Below, in pieces: positions 10,457 to 20,967 of a stretch of DNA of 64,000 bases (the stretch's first letter is position 1; each line of letters opens with the position of its first letter). The notes under the pieces are model-generated. The model did no database searches. It was given only the letters and a program-made list of their open reading frames with translations, and was not told the origin of the DNA. A program made the position numbers and the translations under genes. Origin of the DNA: an uncultured Planctomycetaceae bacterium (lineage in GTDB: Bacteria; Planctomycetota; Planctomycetia; Pirellulales; PALSA-1355); contig CAWAUV010000007.1 of the NCBI GenBank assembly GCA_963785305.1, forward strand, positions 480,001-544,000, written 5' to 3'.

Positions 10457-11716
10457 ATGGCCGCGCAGAACACGGTTCCCGAAATCGACGAACAGCATCG
10501 CGGCCTTGGCCGACCAATTTTTCACCGCGCGCGGCGATGGGAGCATCGTGGACTGCGGGGGCTGATGTGTCTGGCGTGTCTTGCGGCCGGCTTGGCGCTG
10601 GCGGCCATCGTGGGAAGTGTTTTCACGCGCTCGGCCGTGGCCGAGGAAAACGCGGCGCCCGGCGCGGTGTCGGGGCGCCAACTTCAGGCGTCGGTTGATA
10701 AAGCGGTCGACTTTCTCGCGAAAGCCCAAGCAGCCGATGGCTCGTTTGGCTCCTCGGCCGATCTGCCGGGCGTGACCGCCGTGGTCGTCGGCGGATTGCT
10801 TCGCTCGGGCCGCGGTCCCGACGATCCGGTGGTGGCCAAGGGGCTCAAGTACCTGTCGAAGGAAATCGAGCCCGACGGCGGCGTTTATCAAAAAGGCTCG
10901 AACCACACCAACTACGAGACATGCGTTGCCTTGCAGGCCTTTGCTTGGGCCAATGCCGATCATCGCTACGACGTGCAGATCAAGAATGCGGAAAAGTATG
11001 TCCGCGAAGTGCAATGGGATGTCGCCGAGGGCCATGATCGGAGCAGCCCCGCTTATGGCGGCGCGGGCTATGGCGGCTCGAAGCGGCCCGACCTTTCGAA
11101 CACCTCGTTTCTGATGGACGCGCTCAAGCAATGCGGCGCCGATTCAAACGACGAAGCGGTGCAAAAGGCGCTGATCTTCGTGTCGCGCTGCCAGAACCTC
11201 GAGACCGAGAACAACACCACGCCCTTCGCCGCCAAGAATCCCGACGGCGGCTTCTACTACACGCCTGTCGCGGGCGGCGGAAGCGGCGCCGGCACGACCG
11301 CCGACGGCGGCTTGCGAAGCTATGGCGCCATGACCTATGCCGGGCTCAAGTGCATGATCTATGCCGGGCTGAGCCCCAGTGATCCGCGAATGCAAGCCGC
11401 GGTCAAATGGATCCAACAACACTACTCAGTCGACGAAAATCCCGGCCTCGGCCAGCCTGGCGTTTATTACTACTACCACACCTTCGCCAAAGCGCTCGAT
11501 GTCCTGGGGCAAAATGAATTCGTGGACGCCCAAGGACACAAACACGATTGGCGTCGTGAGTTGGGCGCCAAGCTCGTGTCGCTCCAGCGGCCCGATGGCT
11601 CGTGGGTCAATCCGGAGCGTCGCTGGATGGAAGGCGACGCGAATCTCGTGACCGGCTATGTGCTGCTGACGCTGGCCTATTGCAGGCCGCCGTCATCGGC
11701 CTCGACCGGCAAATGA
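10457..11716 (+). CDS. Exported prenyltransferase/squalene-oxidase repeat (terpene cyclase-like) protein
   Basis: Signal-like helix, repeats QAADGSF, DGGFYY and QRPDGSW, plus PDLSNT. Confidence 0.8.
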   Translation: MAAQNTVPEIDEQHRGLGRPIFHRARRWEHRGLRGLMCLACLAAGLALAAIVGSVFTRSAVAEENAAPGAVSGRQLQASVDKAVDFLAKAQAADGSFGSSADLPGVTAVVVGGLLRSGRGPDDPVVAKGLKYLSKEIEPDGGVYQKGSNHTNYETCVALQAFAWANADHRYDVQIKNAEKYVREVQWDVAEGHDRSSPAYGGAGYGGSKRPDLSNTSFLMDALKQCGADSNDEAVQKALIFVSRCQNLETENNTTPFAAKNPDGGFYYTPVAGGGSGAGTTADGGLRSYGAMTYAGLKCMIYAGLSPSDPRMQAAVKWIQQHYSVDENPGLGQPGVYYYYHTFAKALDVLGQNEFVDAQGHKHDWRRELGAKLVSLQRPDGSWVNPERRWMEGDANLVTGYVLLTLAYCRPPSSASTGK

Positions 11717-12325
11717 CCATGACAAACTTACTGCTCGACGCCGAATTCTTTCGGCGCCCGGCGACTCGCGTGGCCCGCGATCTGCTCGGCAAAGTCCTCG
11801 TGCGCCGGTTGGAAAGCGGCGAAATAGTCGTCGCCGTGATTCATGAGACCGAGGCGTATGTCGGGCCTGCGCGATCTGGCGTGCCACGCGGCCCGGGGAC
11901 GCACGCCGCGCAATAGCGTGATGTTTGGGCCGCCGGGCCATTGGTATGTCTATTTCTGCTACGGCATGCACTGGATGCTGAATATCGTTACCGGCGACGA
12001 AGGCTACCCGGCGGCGGTGCTCCTTCGTGGCGCGGGCCCCTGGGTCGGACCTGGCCGGCTGACCAAGGGGCTGGCGATCGACAAACTGCAAAACGGTTGT
12101 CCGGCTCGCAAGGCCGAGGGTCTATGGATCGAAGATCGCGGGCTCCGCGTGCCGCGGTCGCGTGTCGCGACGACGCCGCGAATCGGTATCGACTATGCCG
12201 GCGATTGGGCCGCGAGGCCATACCGCTATGTGGCGAGGCCACTGGATGCCTGGGCGACGTCGGCCGGCGAGACTCGCGCGCCGCTCCTCGCGAGCTCGGC
12301 TCGGCGCGGCGGGCGACGAAAATAA
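11713..12325 (+). CDS. mpg: DNA-3-methyladenine glycosylase (frameshift near 11868)
   Basis: [12 protein letters not shown] and ETEAY in one frame; [24 protein letters not shown] and TPRIGIDYA in the next. Confidence 0.9.
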
Positions 12326-12328
12326 AAC

Positions 12329-12376
12329 AGCCAGCAGCGCCGGGTCGAAGGGAGTCGACCCGGTCGCCGCTGGCTT
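12329..12376. terminator. Hairpin between convergent mpg and hsp20, probably a bidirectional terminator
   Basis: agccagcagcgccgggtcga / tcgacccggtcgccgctggct inverted repeat, with an A-run before and a short T-run after. Confidence 0.7.
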
Positions 12377-12401
12377 TGCCAACAACAACTCCAAACGTGG
12401 C

Positions 12402-12812
12402 TCAGGCTTGGCCACGCACCTCGATCTTGCGCGGCTTGACCGACTCGATCTTGGGCAAATGCACTTTGAGCGTGCCGTCGACATATTCGGCCGTGATGCC
12501 CGCGACGTTGATCTTCTCGGTGACTTGAAACTCGCGGTGGAAATCGCCGACGCCGTACTCTTGCAGCAAATAGCGGGTCTCGGCCTTTTGCCGCGATTCG
12601 ATCCGTCCTTCGAGCAGGAGGGTGTCGTCTTCGAACTTCACATGGATCGAGTCGGAGCTCGCGCCGGGCATGTCGGCATGGATCACGAGCGCCTCGGGGG
12701 TCTCGAGAATGTCGACGTTCGGACGATAGGTATTCTTCGGCCCTTCAATTCGGCCCTTGCGAAGTTCGCTGGTTTCGGCCGTGTCTGGCCGAGTCATTTC
12801 TTGCGTGGTCAT
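12402..12812 (-). CDS. Hsp20/alpha-crystallin small heat-shock protein
   Basis: PNVDILET, ADMPG, GDFHREF and DGTLKVHLPK motifs. Confidence 0.93.
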   Translation of the reverse strand: MTTQEMTRPDTAETSELRKGRIEGPKNTYRPNVDILETPEALVIHADMPGASSDSIHVKFEDDTLLLEGRIESRQKAETRYLLQEYGVGDFHREFQVTEKINVAGITAEYVDGTLKVHLPKIESVKPRKIEVRGQA

Positions 12813-12895
12813 GGGGTTTGGACTCCTTTTTGTTCTTGAATCGGTTCAAACGGATCGTTTGTCGATACGTGGATCGGCTGGCGCCGGGCGCGAGT

Positions 12896-13342
12896 TCACG
12901 CGCCGGCGGTCACGGCGATTTTGCGTGGCTTGGCGTTTTCGTGTTTCGGCAGCGTCACAAGTAGCACGCCATTGTTGAAGCTGGCCGTGACATTGGCCGC
13001 GTCGACTTCGACCGGCAAACGAATCAGCCGGGTAAAGGCCCCGAGCCCCCGCTCGCGACGATGACAAACGGCTTCGCCGCTCGAGTCGGCGCGCTGGCCT
13101 TTGATCGTGAGATCGGCGCCGCTTACCGAAATTTCGACATCGGCGGCTTTCACACCAGGGATTTCCGCCTCGGCATACAAGACATCGCCTTCCTGCCAGA
13201 CATTCACGGATGGAAACACGCGGTTCACGGCCAAGCGCGGAGCGATCGACGCCAAATTGTCCCATACTCCGCCAAGCTGACGATCGAACTCGGAACGTAA
13301 TTGCTGAAATGGGTCAAACATACCGGCGCGACGATGCATCAT
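12896..13342 (-). CDS. Hsp20/alpha-crystallin small heat-shock protein
   Basis: FPSVNVW, AEIPGV, RRERGLGAFTR and NGVLLVTLPK motifs. Confidence 0.93.
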   Translation of the reverse strand: MMHRRAGMFDPFQQLRSEFDRQLGGVWDNLASIAPRLAVNRVFPSVNVWQEGDVLYAEAEIPGVKAADVEISVSGADLTIKGQRADSSGEAVCHRRERGLGAFTRLIRLPVEVDAANVTASFNNGVLLVTLPKHENAKPRKIAVTAGA

Positions 13343-13464
13343 GATATTTGCTCCATGAAAAGGTAGAGGGATACTTTTGAAACAGATCGCATTCAATGCG
13401 AGCGATTTACGAGCGTCGCGAGAGGGGGCGAACCCGCAAGCGAGGCTCGTGTAAGTAGGAGGAT

Positions 13465-13480
13465 GCAAGCGCAATGCCAA
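13465..13480 (-). promoter_or_regulatory. Sigma-54 (-24/-12) promoter for the hsp20 pair
   Basis: Minus strand reads TTGGCATTGCGCTTGC (GG-N10-GC), about 120 bp upstream of the start codon. Confidence 0.75.
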
Positions 13481-13571
13481 ACGCGACTCAGAGTTCGACA
13501 AACGTTCGCAAACACTGTGAACGCAAAGATTTACAAGATCACGGCGGGCACGAGGCTGTGTTTTAAGGGGA

Positions 13572-13584
13572 TGCCAAAATGGCA
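13572..13584. promoter_or_regulatory. Candidate upstream activator (bEBP) site
   Basis: Palindrome TGCCA-AAA-TGGCA about 90 bp upstream of the sigma-54 site, with a related TGTCTTTGGCA just beyond it. Confidence 0.5.
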
Positions 13585-13956
13585 GTTTCATATGTCTTTG
13601 GCATGCCGCGACGGCGAACGCGGCGAACCAAAAACAACCGAGGACCCCGCGCGTTTGGCGAAGTTTGCGGATTGCTCAAACCTTTGTCGCCAACAAATTT
13701 GGGCGTTGTGGGGCGGCTTTTCTGCCGATATATTGAGTGCCGCTCGGTTCGGCCCCGGCGGGATCGTTGCCGGGGGGGCGATCCCACGGGCGACTTTTTT
13801 CGCGGGCGCGGTTCCCCCGGCTCTTGGCCACGGTCTCCCAAAAGATTGTGGCGCCCAAGATTGGCGTTTGGCCAAGCACGGGCGGGAGCGCGGGGGGCGT
13901 TTCTCGCGAATGTTCGGCCCGCTGGGTCCGCCGACTCCTTCAGCCCCCCGTGAACT

Positions 13957-14490
13957 ATGCGATTCACTTTCGTCGACCGCATCCTGGAGCTGGAGCCGGG
14001 TCGAAAAATCACCACGCTCAAAGTGCTGTCGCTCGCCGAGGAGTATTTGGCCGACCACTTTCCGCGATTTCCGGTGATGCCGGGAGTGTTGATGCTCGAG
14101 TCGATGACGCATGCCGGAGCGTGGCTGGTGCGGGCGAGCGAGGATTTTGCCCATAGCATGGTGCTGCTCAAGGAAGCGCGAAATGTGAAATTCGCCAAGT
14201 TCGTGGCGCCCGGGCAGGTGCTCACCGTCACCGCCGAAATCATTAAACAGGATGGACGCGAAACCCATCTGAAGACGCAGGGAACCGTTTCGGGCGAGCC
14301 GGCGGTAATGGGGCGACTGGTGCTCGAGCGATTTGACTTGGGCGAGACCCGTCCCGAAATGCGAGCCGTCGACGCGCATCTCAAGCAGCAGATGCGGACC
14401 ATGCTGGCGCTGCTGTATCAGGCGCCGCCATCGGCTAGCGCCGATAGCAATGGCGTGGCGAACCTGAGCGGCGCCCAACCGACAGCATGA
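13957..14490 (+). CDS. FabZ-like 3-hydroxyacyl-ACP dehydratase
   Basis: FVDRILEL and DHFPRFPVMPGVLMLESM motifs. Confidence 0.9.
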   Translation: MRFTFVDRILELEPGRKITTLKVLSLAEEYLADHFPRFPVMPGVLMLESMTHAGAWLVRASEDFAHSMVLLKEARNVKFAKFVAPGQVLTVTAEIIKQDGRETHLKTQGTVSGEPAVMGRLVLERFDLGETRPEMRAVDAHLKQQMRTMLALLYQAPPSASADSNGVANLSGAQPTA

Positions 14491-14634
14491 ACAATACACC
14501 TGGCGGCTGGCCATCATTCATTGCGAAGGCCCGATGTCGCCGAAGTTAACTGGTACCCACGAACAATAGCCCCGAACTTTTTTTCATGCCCGAGCGCCGC
14601 TGGCGCCGGCCAAGCCCGTTGGAGGTTCGCTCAG

Positions 14635-15024
14635 ATGCCGATGCAAGATGACGCCGTGTTTTCCAAAGTGCAAACCGCGCTGGTCGACGCCCTGGGCGTG
14701 GACGAAGACGAAGTCACGCCCGAAGCCACGCTGGTTGGCGACTTGGGCGCCGAATCGATCGATTTTCTCGACATCGTGTTTCGACTCGAAAAGGCGTTCG
14801 ATATCAAGATTCCGCGGAGCGAACTGTTTCCCGAGGATATTCTCAACAACGCGGAATACGTGAGCGGCGGCAAGGTGTCGCCCGAGGGCGTGGCCAAGCT
14901 CCGCGAGCGGATGCCGTTTGCCGATCTGACCAAGTTCGAGTCGAACCCGGTGGTGCAGGATTTCGCGAATCAGCTCACGGTGCAAGACATGGTGCGGTAT
15001 GTCGAGAGCAAGGTAAAGAGCTGA
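14635..15024 (+). CDS. Extended acyl carrier protein (129 aa)
   Basis: DLGAESIDFLDIVFRLEKAF phosphopantetheine site, then an insertion before LTVQDMVRYV. Confidence 0.9.
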   Translation: MPMQDDAVFSKVQTALVDALGVDEDEVTPEATLVGDLGAESIDFLDIVFRLEKAFDIKIPRSELFPEDILNNAEYVSGGKVSPEGVAKLRERMPFADLTKFESNPVVQDFANQLTVQDMVRYVESKVKS

Positions 15025-15037
15025 GGAATCGCCGGAT

Positions 15038-15575
15038 ATGCGCTGGTTTTGGATCGATCGCTTCACGCATTTCGAGAGCGGGCGCACGGCCACCACGGTC
15101 AAGAACGTGACCTTGGCCGAAGAGCACCTGCACGACCATTTCCCCGGCGCACCGGTGATGCCCAACTCGCTTATTATCGAGGGACTGGCCCAAACCGGCG
15201 GCCTCTTGGTGGGCGAGCACCGAGGGTTCGAGGAACGGGTCGTGCTCGGCAAGGTCTGCAAATCCAAGTTTCATTTTCATGCCGTGCCCGGCGACTCGCT
15301 CCGCTACCAGACCGATATCGTCGATGTGCAAAAAGACGGGGCGCTGCGTCAATGGCACTTGCCATGTGGGCGATCGGCTGCAGGCCGAGGTCGAGCTGTT
15401 TTTCGTGCATCTCGACGAGAACATGGCCGGCAAGGAGTTGTTCGACCCGGCCACGCTCCTGCAAATGCTGAAGATGGTCGGCCTATTCGCGGTCGGCCGC
15501 ACCGCGAGTGGCGCTCCGCTCGAAATTCCCCCCGCCCTGGCCGCCGCCGAAGCCGCCTATCAGCCCTCGCGGTAG
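15038..15575 (+). CDS. FabZ-like dehydratase (frameshift near 15345)
   Basis: MRWFWIDRF and DHFPGAPVMPNSLIIEGLAQ; the C-terminus continues in the 15279..15575 frame. Confidence 0.85.
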
Positions 15576-15671
15576 AATAGCGTCGGACGCGCGGAGCCAA
15601 TTCAAGACACTTCACGACATGTTCCGCGCGACCGCGACCATTTCCCGCGCGGCTTTTGGGAGGATAGCTCC

Positions 15672-16958
15672 ATGACACGACGACGCGTAGTGATTACCGG
15701 CATGGGTTGCGTGACCCCGATGGGCGCCGATGTCGAGCAAGTTTGGAGCGGACTCAAAGAGGGCCACTCCGGCGTGGATTACACGACCATCTTCGACGCC
15801 ACTCGCTTCCCCACCAAGATTTCGGCCGAAGTCCGCGGTTGGGAAATCTCCGATGTGGGCGAAGACCCGGAGAAATGGCGCTTGCGCGGCCGGCACACCA
15901 AGTTCGCCGCCGGGGCCGCCAAACGCGCGGTCGAGGACGCCGGCATTCTCGATCGCCCGCTCGATCCCACGCGCTTCGGCGTGTACCTGGGCAGCGGCGA
16001 GGGCCAGCAGGATTTTCACTGCTTCACGCGCATGATGACCAGTGCCCTGGCCGGACCCGATTTCGATATCGCGCTCTTCACCAAGGCCGGCATCGAGACC
16101 CTGCACCCGACGATCGAGCTCGAGCAAGAGCCCAACATGCCGGCCGGCCACCTCGCGAGCATGTTCGATGCCCAGGGCCCAAACGCCAACTGTCTCACGG
16201 CCTGCGCCGCCAGCAGCCAGGCGATCGGCGAGGCGGCCGAATTGATTCGCCGGGGCGATGTCGATGTGATGCTCTCGGGCGGCACCCATAGCATGATCCA
16301 TCCGTTTGGCGTCACGGGCTTCAATCTGCTCACGGCCCTGAGCACGAACAACGAAAACCCGACACGCGCTTCGCGCCCCTTCGATCGTGACCGCGATGGC
16401 TTCGTGCTCGGCGAGGGAGCGGCGATGATGGTGGTCGAGGAACTTGAACACGCGAAGCGGCGCGGCGCCAAAATCTACGGCGAACTGCGCGGCTACGGTT
16501 CGACCGCCGACGCCTTCCGCATCACCGATACCCATCCCGAGGGCCGCGGCGCCACGCGCTGCATTCAGCTCGCGCTCGAAGACGCCGGCCTCTCGCGCGA
16601 AGCGGTCGACTATATCAATGCCCACGGCACGAGCACGACGGTCAACGACAAGGTCGAAACCCTGGCCATTAAGAATGTGTTCGGCGATCAAGCCTACAAA
16701 GTGCCGATCTCGAGCACCAAGAGCATGATGGGCCACCTGATCGCCGCGGCCGGCGCCACGGAGCTCATGATCTGCCTTCTGGCCATTCGTGATCGTGTGC
16801 TGCCGCCGACGATCAACTACGAGAATCACGACCCGGAATGCGATCTCGACTATATTCCGAACTCGGCCCGTGACGGTCGCTGCGAAGTGGCGCTGTCGAA
16901 CAGCTTCGGCTTCGGCGGGCAAAATGTCTCGCTGATCGTAAGCCGCTTCACCGGGTAA
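15672..16958 (+). CDS. fabF: Beta-ketoacyl-ACP synthase II (FabF-like)
   Basis: TACAAS, NAHGTST, KSMMGHL and SNSFGFGG give an intact Cys-His-His triad. Confidence 0.9.
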   Translation: MTRRRVVITGMGCVTPMGADVEQVWSGLKEGHSGVDYTTIFDATRFPTKISAEVRGWEISDVGEDPEKWRLRGRHTKFAAGAAKRAVEDAGILDRPLDPTRFGVYLGSGEGQQDFHCFTRMMTSALAGPDFDIALFTKAGIETLHPTIELEQEPNMPAGHLASMFDAQGPNANCLTACAASSQAIGEAAELIRRGDVDVMLSGGTHSMIHPFGVTGFNLLTALSTNNENPTRASRPFDRDRDGFVLGEGAAMMVVEELEHAKRRGAKIYGELRGYGSTADAFRITDTHPEGRGATRCIQLALEDAGLSREAVDYINAHGTSTTVNDKVETLAIKNVFGDQAYKVPISSTKSMMGHLIAAAGATELMICLLAIRDRVLPPTINYENHDPECDLDYIPNSARDGRCEVALSNSFGFGGQNVSLIVSRFTG

Positions 16959-17001
16959 CGACCGCGGCATGCCGGCGGCTTCTTGAAAAACCAGGAAATT
17001 C

Positions 17002-17082
17002 GCCGCGGAAGAACACGGAATAGCACGGAAGGAAAAACCGGGAAGCGGTCCTTTTCCGCGCGTGTCCGTGTCCTTCCGTGGC
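17002..17082. repeat. Long imperfect palindrome built from CACGGAA units
   Basis: gccgcggaagaacacggaatagcacggaa ... ttccgcgcgtgtccgtgtccttccgtggc, lying between convergent genes. Confidence 0.7.
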
Positions 17083-17106
17083 TGAAAATCCCCCGTCTTC
17101 GTCTCT

Positions 17107-17574
17107 TCAGCGGGCCGGCGCGTCGACTAGTCCGACTTCGACACACACGGCGCCGAGCTCCGACTCGAACGGAATCACCAGCGGCGGCGAGCCCGAGGGG
17201 AAACTGATCGAGTGGCTGCGGCCGCAGATCACGGTGGGCAGTCCGATACTGAGTTGATATCCCTCGAGGGCGGTCTTGGCGCTGCCGGCGATCATGTTGG
17301 TGAGCTCGCCCATGGCGTCGACCACGTCGCCATTGATTTCCGTGGGCTTCGAGCCGAGCAACACTTCCGCGGCCCGCAGCGCGGTCGACCGGCCGACCGT
17401 CACCACCACCATGCCTTGCAGTTGACCGCCCAGGCCGATCAGCCCGCTGACTTCGTGCGTGGGCGCGTGGTTGTGCTTGATCCCCACGGTCCCGCGAGTG
17501 AGCGTGGCGCCGAGCATGGTCGCGAACACTTTTTGCGTCGCGGCGACGAATGGATTGATGAGTTCAACTTGCAT
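17107..17574 (-). CDS. cheX: Chemotaxis phosphatase CheX
   Basis: INPFV, VSGLIGLGG, DAMGELTNMIAGSAK and IGLPTVI motifs. Confidence 0.92.
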   Translation of the reverse strand: MQVELINPFVAATQKVFATMLGATLTRGTVGIKHNHAPTHEVSGLIGLGGQLQGMVVVTVGRSTALRAAEVLLGSKPTEINGDVVDAMGELTNMIAGSAKTALEGYQLSIGLPTVICGRSHSISFPSGSPPLVIPFESELGAVCVEVGLVDAPAR

Positions 17575-17658
17575 CAGGAACCCCGGTTTATTTGGCGACG
17601 CGCTAGGCGACGATTTCAACGCCAAGCGGCGGCGGACTTTCGTTACCCAAGGCGGTTA

Positions 17659-18024
17659 CTACAGCGCCCCGAACTTTTCGAGTTTCTCGCGCAGCAGTTC
17701 GGCCGTGAACGGCTTGACCAGATAATCGTTCACGCCGGCTTGGATCGCTTCGAGCACTTGCCGCTTTTCGCCTTCGGTCGTCACCATGACGATCGGTGTC
17801 TTGGCGCCGCGAGCGCGAATGTCGCGCGCCAACTCCACGCCGGTCTTATTCGGCATGTTCCAGTCGGTGATCACGAGATCGAACGGCTGCTGCTCGAATG
17901 CCTTGAGGCCCTCGACGCCATCGGCCGCTTCCACGATATTTTTGATGCCGACCGCTTCGAGCGACCGTGAAATGATCTTGCGCATGGTGCCCGAATCATC
18001 GACGACGAGTGCCTTGCCGCACAT
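17659..18024 (-). CDS. cheY: CheY-like response regulator
   Basis: LVVDDS, TDWNMP, MVTTE and YLVKPF motifs. Confidence 0.9.
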   Translation of the reverse strand: MCGKALVVDDSGTMRKIISRSLEAVGIKNIVEAADGVEGLKAFEQQPFDLVITDWNMPNKTGVELARDIRARGAKTPIVMVTTEGEKRQVLEAIQAGVNDYLVKPFTAELLREKLEKFGAL

Positions 18025-18098
18025 GGTTTTGTTCCTTGGAATAAAAAGATAACGCTCGACGAAAAAATAAGCGCTCACCGCGCCCGCGCTTGTCGGGC

Positions 18099-18623
18099 TC
18101 AGCGCTGTGAGTACACGCGATGCAACACGTCGGCGGCGGAAGCCGGCTCGAGCGGGGCGCGGCGGATTTTGACATACACCCGCACCCGCGCCACGCCCAC
18201 TCCCGAGTCAAACGCCACATCGTGCAGTAGTCGGGCATCGTGAACGCGAAGGTTCGAATCGCGGCAGTCGACGATCGTGGGCAGCGACAGCGAAGTGGGG
18301 CCCGGCAACACGCTCTTGAGATTGCCGCCGATCATGTTCGCGAGCTCGGCGGCCGCGTCGATACGGTCGTTTTCGCCCACGGTCCCCGGCGAGATTGCGA
18401 GCATCGCCGCCGCCGACGCTTGGGCCAACTCGGGTGATTGCGAGAGCACGACGCTCCCGATCCAGTTGCCGGTGAGTTGCACCGCCGCCAGCAGCGAGTT
18501 GGCGTCGGAATCGAGCGGCGCGGAGCAGCGTTCGAGTTCGAGCCCGATCATGGTCGCATAGACCGAGCGGGCAATCTGATCGATCGACGATTCTTCGAGC
18601 CGCGTTTCCGGTTCAATATCCAT
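18099..18623 (-). CDS. Second CheX-family protein
   Basis: DAAAELANMIGGNLK and LSLPTIV motifs. Confidence 0.85.
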   Translation of the reverse strand: MDIEPETRLEESSIDQIARSVYATMIGLELERCSAPLDSDANSLLAAVQLTGNWIGSVVLSQSPELAQASAAAMLAISPGTVGENDRIDAAAELANMIGGNLKSVLPGPTSLSLPTIVDCRDSNLRVHDARLLHDVAFDSGVGVARVRVYVKIRRAPLEPASAADVLHRVYSQR

Positions 18624-18683
18624 GGTTCTCACTTTCGCATTGGTCGCGCCGCGCCTGGCCCCTGGATCGGCGAATGCGACGCT

Positions 18684-19509
18684 TTATTTGACACGATAAA
18701 ACACGCTCGGCCCTTCTTGCACGCGCTCGAACCGGGCATCGAGCCCCATGGTCGTTTCCGCGGCGCCCAAGAACAGCACTCCGCCGGGCGCCATCACCCT
18801 CCGCACCTTTTCGAGAATCGCCTTCTTGGCCTCGGGCGCGAAGTAGATCAGCACATTGCGCAAAAACACGACATCCATCCGCGGCAGCGGCGGCCAAGTC
18901 TCGATCAGGTTCATTTTCATGAAACTGGTCATGGCGCGCAGCTCCGGACGCAGCCGCCACTCCATGCCTTCGCGCTCGAAGTATTTCACCAGCAGCTTGG
19001 CCGCGAGGCCGCGATTGACCTCGGCTTGCGAGAATCGCCCGGCCTGGGCTCGCGCGAGCACTTCGTCGGACAAGTCGGCCCCGATCAATTGAACATTCCA
19101 CGACGCGAGCTCCGCGAAATGCTCGCGGAGCAATATGGCCACCGAATAAAGCTCTTGGCCGCTGGAACAGGCCGCCGACCAAATCGCGAGCGAGCGTCGA
19201 GCCGCATTGCGGGCAATCAGTTCGGGCAAAATCCCGTGGCGCAGGCTCTCGAATGGATGCAGGTCGCGAAAGAAACTCGTTTCGTTCGTGGTCATCGCTT
19301 CGACCAGCCGCGCTTCGAGGTCGACGCGGCGTTTGCCGCGCACCTCGCGCATCAACGCGTCGATCGAATCGAACCCGTGTTGACGGGCCACCGGCCCCAG
19401 CCGCGCCTCGATCAAATACGCTTTTCCCTGGTCGAGCTCGATCGCCGAGCGTTGGCGCACCAGCGCGAACACTCGAGATCGCGTCGGGAGTGAGAGTCGT
19501 GCTTGTCAT
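18684..19509 (-). CDS. cheR: Chemotaxis methyltransferase (N-terminal frameshift)
   Basis: TTNETSFFRD, WSAACSSGQE, RNVLIYF and LFLGAAE motifs. Confidence 0.93.
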
Positions 19510-20597
19510 AGGTTCGCGCCTCCTGACATAAGTGAGCGGGTCGCGCGAGCGGCCGCGCGCCGCAGTTCGATGGCGATGTCGCCGAGGGGCAAAATCTTTT
19601 TCGCCAGCCCGGCCTCGCACACTGCCCGTGGCATGCCCCACACGATCGATGTCGCCTCGTCCTGGGCAATGACGACTCCGCCCGATCGCACGATCGCATC
19701 GGCGCCGCGCATGCCGTCTTGTCCCATGCCGGTGAGCACCACCGCCAAGCAGCCCTCGCGATAGGCCGCGGCGGCCGAGCGAAAGAGCACATCGACCGCT
19801 GGCCGGCAGGAGTTTTCGGCCGGTCCTTGACCGAGCGCGGCGCGGACCTGAATGCCCACGCGTTTGAGTTCGAGATGATAGTCGCCTGGCGCGATCAGCA
19901 CTTGTCCTGGCCGGAGGGTTTCGTTGCCCGCGGCTTCGGCCACTTCGAGCGCGCACTCTTGATCGAGACGATGCGCCAGATGTTTGGTGAACACGGGCGG
20001 CATGTGCTGCACGACCACGATCGGCGCCGGAAAGTTCTCAGGCAGCCGGCTCAAGACCGCGGCCAGCGCTTGTGGCCCGCCGGTGGATGAACCGATCACC
20101 ACCGCCTCGCATCGCCGCTCGGCGCCGGGTAGGTCGCGCCGCGCAGCCGCGCCCAGTCGCTCTCCGATGCCAGGCAGCGCGGCGCGAGCGGGGGAGCAAA
20201 GCGCCTTGATCTTGGGAATCAGTTGAGCGCGAACCATCTCCATGCCGGCGGCCACGCTGCCCACATTGGCCGGCTTGGCCACATAGTCCGTTGCGCCGCG
20301 AGCCAGGGCGTCGAGCGTGGCCACGGCGCCGCGATCCGTGAGCGTGCTGAACATGATCACCGGCAGTCGCGGATAGTCGCGGCGCACCAGCGGCAGCGTC
20401 GCCAGGCCGTCGAGCTCCGGCATCTCGATATCGAGGGTCATGAGGTCGGGATTGAGTTGCGGCAGCTTGGCAAGCGCCAATTTTCCATTGGCCGCCACGC
20501 CGACCACTTCGATTTCCGCGTCGGCGCCGAGAATATCGGTCAGCAAGCGGCGGATCACCACCGAATCGTCGACAATCATTACGCGAATGCGTTTCAT
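19506..20597 (-). CDS. cheB: Chemotaxis methylesterase
   Basis: Receiver domain plus GSSTGGP, VQHMP, LTGMGQDG and WGMP motifs. Confidence 0.95.
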   Translation of the reverse strand: MKRIRVMIVDDSVVIRRLLTDILGADAEIEVVGVAANGKLALAKLPQLNPDLMTLDIEMPELDGLATLPLVRRDYPRLPVIMFSTLTDRGAVATLDALARGATDYVAKPANVGSVAAGMEMVRAQLIPKIKALCSPARAALPGIGERLGAAARRDLPGAERRCEAVVIGSSTGGPQALAAVLSRLPENFPAPIVVVQHMPPVFTKHLAHRLDQECALEVAEAAGNETLRPGQVLIAPGDYHLELKRVGIQVRAALGQGPAENSCRPAVDVLFRSAAAAYREGCLAVVLTGMGQDGMRGADAIVRSGGVVIAQDEATSIVWGMPRAVCEAGLAKKILPLGDIAIELRRAAARATRSLMSGGANL

Positions 20598-20598
20598 G

Positions 20599-20967
20599 CT
20601 AGTTCACGACTCCGATCAACCGGAGTTTCTCGACGAGGTCTTCCTTGCGAAACGGCTTCATCAAGTATTCGTCGGCGCCGGCCGTGAGTGCGCGAAGCAT
20701 TTGATCGGGCTCGGTCTCGGTGGTGACCATGAGCACGGCGGTGGCGCGAAACGCGCGTTGCGCCGCAGCGCCTTGATGAAATCGAGCCCGTCCATCCGCG
20801 GCATGTTCCAGTCGACCAGCACCAATTGCGGCGCTGGACCCGCGGCCAAGACTTCCAGCGCCTTGGGCGCCATTGTTGGCGTCGGTGGTTTCGAAGCCAA
20901 GTTCGGCGAGAATCTCGGACTCGATGCGGCGAATCGGTCGCGAGTCATCGACAATCAACGCTTTCAT
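20599..20967 (-). CDS. Single-domain response regulator (frameshifted)
   Basis: MKALIVDDS, VDWNMPRMDG and YLMKPF are spread over different frames. Confidence 0.85.
   Translation of the reverse strand: MKALIVDDSRPIRRIESEILAELGFETTDANNGAQGAGSLGRGSSAAIGAGRLEHAADGRARFHQGAAAQRAFRATAVLMVTTETEPDQMLRALTAGADEYLMKPFRKEDLVEKLRLIGVVN

Noticed and set aside
10457..11716. Squalene-hopene cyclase call
   Set aside because: The protein is too short, appears exported and lacks the DxDD motif, so it is only a repeat-family member.
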